Part shown: in pieces, positions 60,705-64,000 of the stretch
Layout of the letters: every line of letters begins with the position of its first letter
How positions within the stretch are numbered: position 1 is the stretch's first letter
Source: Candidatus Magasanikiibacteriota bacterium
Lineage (GTDB): Bacteria > Patescibacteriota > Patescibacteriia > Magasanikbacterales > UBA922
Direction of reading: 5' to 3'
Length of the DNA: 64,000 bases
Assembly: GCA_014729395.1 (NCBI GenBank)
Contig: WJJZ01000002.1
Location: 64,673 to 128,672, forward strand
Made by a program: the position numbers and the translations under genes
Notes under the pieces: generated by a model
What the model saw: only the letters and a program-made list of their open reading frames with translations
What the model was told of the DNA's origin: nothing
Databases searched by the model: none

Positions 60705-60953
60705 TTGAATATGAAATATATAATTGGCTTACTGGGAATTGCGGTCGGCGTAATTTTGGTAATAAAAACCGAATGGTTCGTGCAAAATTTCGGCACTAAT
60801 GCTTGGGCCGAGCAGCACTTGGGAACAAGCGGTGGAACCAGACTAATGTACAAGTTAATCGGTATTGCCATTATTTTGGTGGCCATGCTCGGAGTGACCG
60901 GACTGCTTGGTCCACTCGTGCTGGCAACATTTGGTCGACTTTTTGGACTTTAA
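60705..60953 (+). CDS. Small membrane protein (2 transmembrane helices)
   Basis: 82 aa. Confidence 0.3.
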   Translation: MNMKYIIGLLGIAVGVILVIKTEWFVQNFGTNAWAEQHLGTSGGTRLMYKLIGIAIILVAMLGVTGLLGPLVLATFGRLFGL

Positions 60954-61044
60954 TAAACCATAAATTTTTAATCAGAAATAATAAATGATTTTAATTCTGA
61001 ATTTTAGATTTATGATTTCTGATTTTGTATTTATGATTTAAATT

Positions 61045-61599
61045 ATGGCTTATCACACAGGCAATGAAATGGTAGATCCATATCTTCTTTTTGAAAGAGC
61101 CCAGTTGCGTCCCGGGATGCATGTGGCTGATTTGGGTTGTGGACGAACCGGACATGTGGTTTTTCCGGCCGCCGTGGTTTTAGGTGAAAGAGGTATTGTT
61201 TATGCTGTTGATATTTTGAAAGACGTATTGGAGATAATTCAAAAAAGAGCAAACACGAACCGGCTTTACAATATTCATACCGTATGGGCTAACTTGGAAC
61301 ATGTGGGAGCTACTGCTATTCCGGAAAAAAGCTTGGATGTGGCTTTTTTGGTAAATACTTTGGTACAAGCTGATAATCGTCATGGGGTTTTGGAAGAGGC
61401 TAAAAGGCTTTTGAAAGATAAGGCAAGATTAGTGATAGTGGATTGGGCTAGAAAGGGATTAAAATTCGGACCGCAGGATGAGAGATTTGTGGATTTTGAA
61501 AATATAAAGAAGTGGGCAAATATGCACGGCTTTGCTTTTCAGGAAGAATTTGATGTCGGTAGGTTCCATAAAGGTTTAGTGTTTTTTAAGCAGGAGTAA
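61045..61599 (+). CDS. Class I SAM-dependent methyltransferase
   Basis: Motif I VADLGCGRTG and motif II GIVYAVDI. Confidence 0.7.
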   Translation: MAYHTGNEMVDPYLLFERAQLRPGMHVADLGCGRTGHVVFPAAVVLGERGIVYAVDILKDVLEIIQKRANTNRLYNIHTVWANLEHVGATAIPEKSLDVAFLVNTLVQADNRHGVLEEAKRLLKDKARLVIVDWARKGLKFGPQDERFVDFENIKKWANMHGFAFQEEFDVGRFHKGLVFFKQE

Positions 61600-61660
61600 T
61601 AATTCGGATATGCTGATAACCTGCCTGCCGGCAGGCGGTGCAGATTTTCGGATAGTTTAA
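61596..61660. repeat. Copy B of the modular repeat family (AATAATTCGGATATGCTGATAAC-CTGCCTGCCGGCAGGCGG-TGCAGATTTTCGGATAG)
   Basis: Contains the perfect 14-mer palindrome GCCTGCCGGCAGGC. Confidence 0.55.
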
Positions 61661-61777
61661 AATTAAATTAATATTTAGATCGGGATTATTCCCGTTTTTT
61701 TTATTTTTTATAAAAAATTTAAGTTTATTTCATAAGCATTATGATAAGATTATAAATATTAAATTAATTAAGATTTT

Positions 61778-62173
61778 ATGGAAAATAAATTAATATATGA
61801 GGAGTTAACTTATAAAATAAGAGGGTGTTTATATAAAGTCCATAATGAATTAGGCAGGTTATGTAATGAAAAACAATATGGTGATGCTTTAGAAGGCGAG
61901 TTAAAGAAAGAAGGAATACAACATAAAAGAGAGAAAATATTGGATAAATGTTTTGACGTTGAAAAATTTGGTAGAAATAGAGTTGATTTTATTGTTGAGG
62001 ATAAAATAATTTTAGAGCTCAAAACCAGTAATTGTTTAAGTAAAAATGATTATTTTCAGTGTCAAAGATACTTAACAAGTTCTGGTTTAAGACTGGCTTT
62101 ATTAGTCAATTTTAGATCAAAAAGAGTTGTAATCAAGAGAGTTCTCAATACGAAGATGTATAAAAATAAATAA
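61778..62173 (+). CDS. GxxExxY-family protein (PD-(D/E)XK nuclease-like)
   Basis: N-terminal YEELTYKIRGCLYKVHNELG and RVDFIV...LELK motifs. Confidence 0.55.
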   Translation: MENKLIYEELTYKIRGCLYKVHNELGRLCNEKQYGDALEGELKKEGIQHKREKILDKCFDVEKFGRNRVDFIVEDKIILELKTSNCLSKNDYFQCQRYLTSSGLRLALLVNFRSKRVVIKRVLNTKMYKNK

Positions 62174-62175
62174 TT

Positions 62176-62225
62176 TTATAAAGGACTATCCGTAAATCCG
62201 CATTATCAGCATATCCGAATTATTA
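62176..62225. repeat. Copy C of the modular repeat family (reverse orientation, lacks the palindrome core)
   Basis: Its reverse complement AATAATTCGGATATGCTGATAATGCGGATTTACGGATAGTCC joins the left module of copy B to the GCGGATTTACGGATA module of copy A. Confidence 0.55.
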
Positions 62226-62228
62226 TTT

Positions 62229-62621
62229 ATGTCACAAACAACCAAACAAAGAACCGGAAGTTGGGGAGAGCAACAAGCTGCTCTTTTTTTAACTAACCTG
62301 GGTTATAATATTTTAGAAAGAAATTATAAAATAAACGGTGGTAAAGAGGGTGAGCTTGATATTGTTGCTATCCATAAAAAGGATTTTTTAGGTGAAACCT
62401 TGTGTTTCGTAGAAGTAAAAACCAGAGGCCAAAAAGACGGTTCAGCCGAACGGGCTACAAGAGGAAATAAGATCAACAAATTTATGAAAGCCGGGCGTGC
62501 TTATTGTTTGGAGCAAGATATTAATATTGATTCTACTCCAATTCAGTTTGAGCAGGTTAGTGTGTACAAGGGTGAAGATGGGAGTGTTGAAATAAAGCAT
62601 TATGAAATTCCGGTGGGTTAG
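62229..62621 (+). CDS. yraN: YraN / UPF0102 family endonuclease
   Basis: GEQQAALFLTNLGYNILERNYK...GELDIVA. Confidence 0.6.
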   Translation: MSQTTKQRTGSWGEQQAALFLTNLGYNILERNYKINGGKEGELDIVAIHKKDFLGETLCFVEVKTRGQKDGSAERATRGNKINKFMKAGRAYCLEQDINIDSTPIQFEQVSVYKGEDGSVEIKHYEIPVG

Positions 62622-62763
62622 CAGTTCTCAGTTCTCAGTTCTCAGCCAACAGTATTGTTTAAAGTCAAAATTTAATCGACTTCTGCTGGTCTTCGACTCC
62701 GGGCTCTAGCGATTTCGTCGTTCAGGTTTGAGGAGTTGTGAATTGTGAACTGTTGTATTGACA
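62619..62763 (+). repeat. ~140-bp repeat element copy b (inverted relative to copy a), ending in a TTGACA that forms a promoter facing nusA
   Basis: Starts at the yraN stop codon. ~85% identity to the reverse complement of 18364-18501. TTGACA(62758-62763)-17-TATTAT(62781-62786). Confidence 0.65.
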
Positions 62764-62825
62764 AACGTGAAAAAATGTGATATTATCTATTTATAGTAGC
62801 ATAATCACAATGCTGCTTTTTTTAT

Positions 62826-62979
62826 ATCACGATACTGATATACGGATAATTCAGATTTACGGATCGTATTTTCTTAAATCAATATATTATTAACAAATTA
62901 AGAACAAATGATCCGTAGATCGGTGTGCATCCCTGCCTGCCGGCAGGCAGGTGTAAATCCGTATCGTGATTATCCGTAT
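62826..62979. repeat. Copy D of the modular repeat family: ~35-bp inverted arms (ATCACGATAC..TACGGATAAT..GATTTACGG / CCGTAAATC..ATTATCCGTA..GTATCGTGAT) enclosing GCCTGCCGGCAGGC
   Basis: Arms and central palindrome read directly; MITE-like architecture. Confidence 0.6.
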
Positions 62980-62999
62980 TATTATTAATAAATTGACGT

Positions 63000-64000
63000 A
63001 TGTCAGAAGTATCAAAAATGATAAAAATGATTTGCGATGAAAAAGGTCTTGATTATGACACTGTGCTTGAAGCTATTCAAACAGCTTTGGGGGCGGCTTA
63101 TCGTAAAGATTTTGGAAATCGTCAACAAAATATAAAAACAAAATTTGATCCCGATTCACAGGACATGGAAATGTGGGACGTAAAAGAGGTGGTGGAGGAT
63201 ATTGATGAGGAGACTTTGGAAAAAGCCCAAGAAGAGTTGGCCGAAAGGCGCGAAAAGGCTTTGGCGGAAGGCAGAGAATTGTCTGAAGAGGAAATTGAAG
63301 ATTTGCCGCGTTTTAACCCAAAGACTCAGATGATGATTAGTGATGCCAAAGAAATCGATAAAAAAGCAAGTGTTGGGGATATATTGGAAATACCTTTGGA
63401 AATTCCTGGTGATTTTGGTCGCATGGCTGCCCAGACCGCCAAACAAGTTATTATTCAAAAATTACGTGAAGCCGAGAGAAATAGCGTTTATGATGATTTG
63501 AAAGAACAGGAAGAACAAATAATTCAAGGGGTGGTACAAAGACGTGATCGTTCAGGAGCTGTAATAATTGATCTTGGTAAAATTACCGGACTTTTACCTC
63601 AAAATGAACAAATTCGTGGTGAAAAGTATATTCCGGGCAAACGCATGCGTTTTTACGTAATTTCTGTTGATATCGGTACTCGCGGTCCGGAAGTGGTCTT
63701 ATCCAGATCACATGAGGATATGGTTAAAACCGTTTTTGAACAGGAAATCCCTGAAATTGCCGACGGTTCGGTGATTATAAAAAAGATCGCTCGCGATCCG
63801 GGTCACCGTTCAAAAGTTTCCGTTTTTACAGAAGATGAATCAATTGATCCAATTGGCTCATGTATTGGCCAGCGTGGTAGTCGTATTACTACAATTATAG
63901 ATGAGCTTGGCGGTGAAAAAGTTGATATAATTTTATACAGTGAAGATATAGTTGAATATATTAAAAATTCTTTATCACCGGCAAAAATAGATGAAGTTGA
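63000..64000 (+). CDS. nusA: Transcription termination/antitermination factor NusA (5' portion; runs off the window)
   Basis: Hand-translated MSEVSKMIKMICDEKGLDYDTVLEAIQTALGAAYRK... with FGRMAAQTAKQVIIQKLREAER and an S1-domain segment (QGVVQRRDRSGAVIIDLG). Confidence 0.85.
   Translation, partial: MSEVSKMIKMICDEKGLDYDTVLEAIQTALGAAYRKDFGNRQQNIKTKFDPDSQDMEMWDVKEVVEDIDEETLEKAQEELAERREKALAEGRELSEEEIEDLPRFNPKTQMMISDAKEIDKKASVGDILEIPLEIPGDFGRMAAQTAKQVIIQKLREAERNSVYDDLKEQEEQIIQGVVQRRDRSGAVIIDLGKITGLLPQNEQIRGEKYIPGKRMRFYVISVDIGTRGPEVVLSRSHEDMVKTVFEQEIPEIADGSVIIKKIARDPGHRSKVSVFTEDESIDPIGSCIGQRGSRITTIIDELGGEKVDIILYSEDIVEYIKNSLSPAKIDEV

Noticed and set aside
60960-61044. AT-rich region with repeated TGATTT / ATGATTT motifs before the methyltransferase gene
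   Set aside because: Simple low-complexity A/T sequence, with no defined periodicity or inverted structure beyond what is expected at this base composition.

Overview
This is a low-GC, gene-dense bacterial window read by eye from the sequence only; no database searches were run. Lys/Arg-rich tails on GyrB, L31 and RNase J and a strongly acidic tail on L25 suggest a small-genome Patescibacteria/CPR-like organism, but this is inference. Core content, left to right: a de novo pyrimidine block with two OPRT-like PRTases, one fused to an OMP decarboxylase (UMP-synthase-like), pyrD, an ArgH-like lyase and an amidohydrolase; guaB and gatB; a dTMP-cycle cluster (thyA, dut, dCMP deaminase, folA, tmk-like, an NMP kinase) interrupted by a 705-aa low-complexity PP2C-like protein; the secE-nusG-rplK-rplA block with a 2-hydroxyacid dehydrogenase and a nested palindrome inserted between rplK and rplA; gyrB, a SEDS protein, L25, prmC-prfA, L31, secG, an SBP-family-5 protein, tRNA-Leu(CAG), RNase J, trpS, tRNA-Asn(GTT); later a DsbA/DUF411/Cys-rich redox-metal cluster, MscS, TspO, a kinase-like protein, an 887-aa Cys-rich surface protein, and partial nusA at the right edge. 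The most notable finding is an AT-rich integrated mobile element beside the tRNA-Asn 3' end (~39.75-46.6 kb, right boundary uncertain). It carries a large serine recombinase, a HUH rolling-circle Rep with upstream origin-like inverted repeats, and a five-gene co-directional cargo operon. That operon is headed by a DpnI-like PD-(D/E)XK plus winged-helix nuclease and is followed by unrecognisable proteins, making it a candidate uncharacterised methylation-dependent defence module. Several intergenic repeat families also stand out: a ~140-bp element with CAGTTCNCAG terminal inverted repeats that ends in outward sigma70-like promoters facing rplA and nusA; a modular GCCTGCCGGCAGGC/ CGGATTTACGGATA family; and a duplicated terminator module. 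There are also promoter-plus-terminator leaders that may be small RNAs, and three GC-rich probable horizontally acquired genes. No CRISPR array or rRNA was found.
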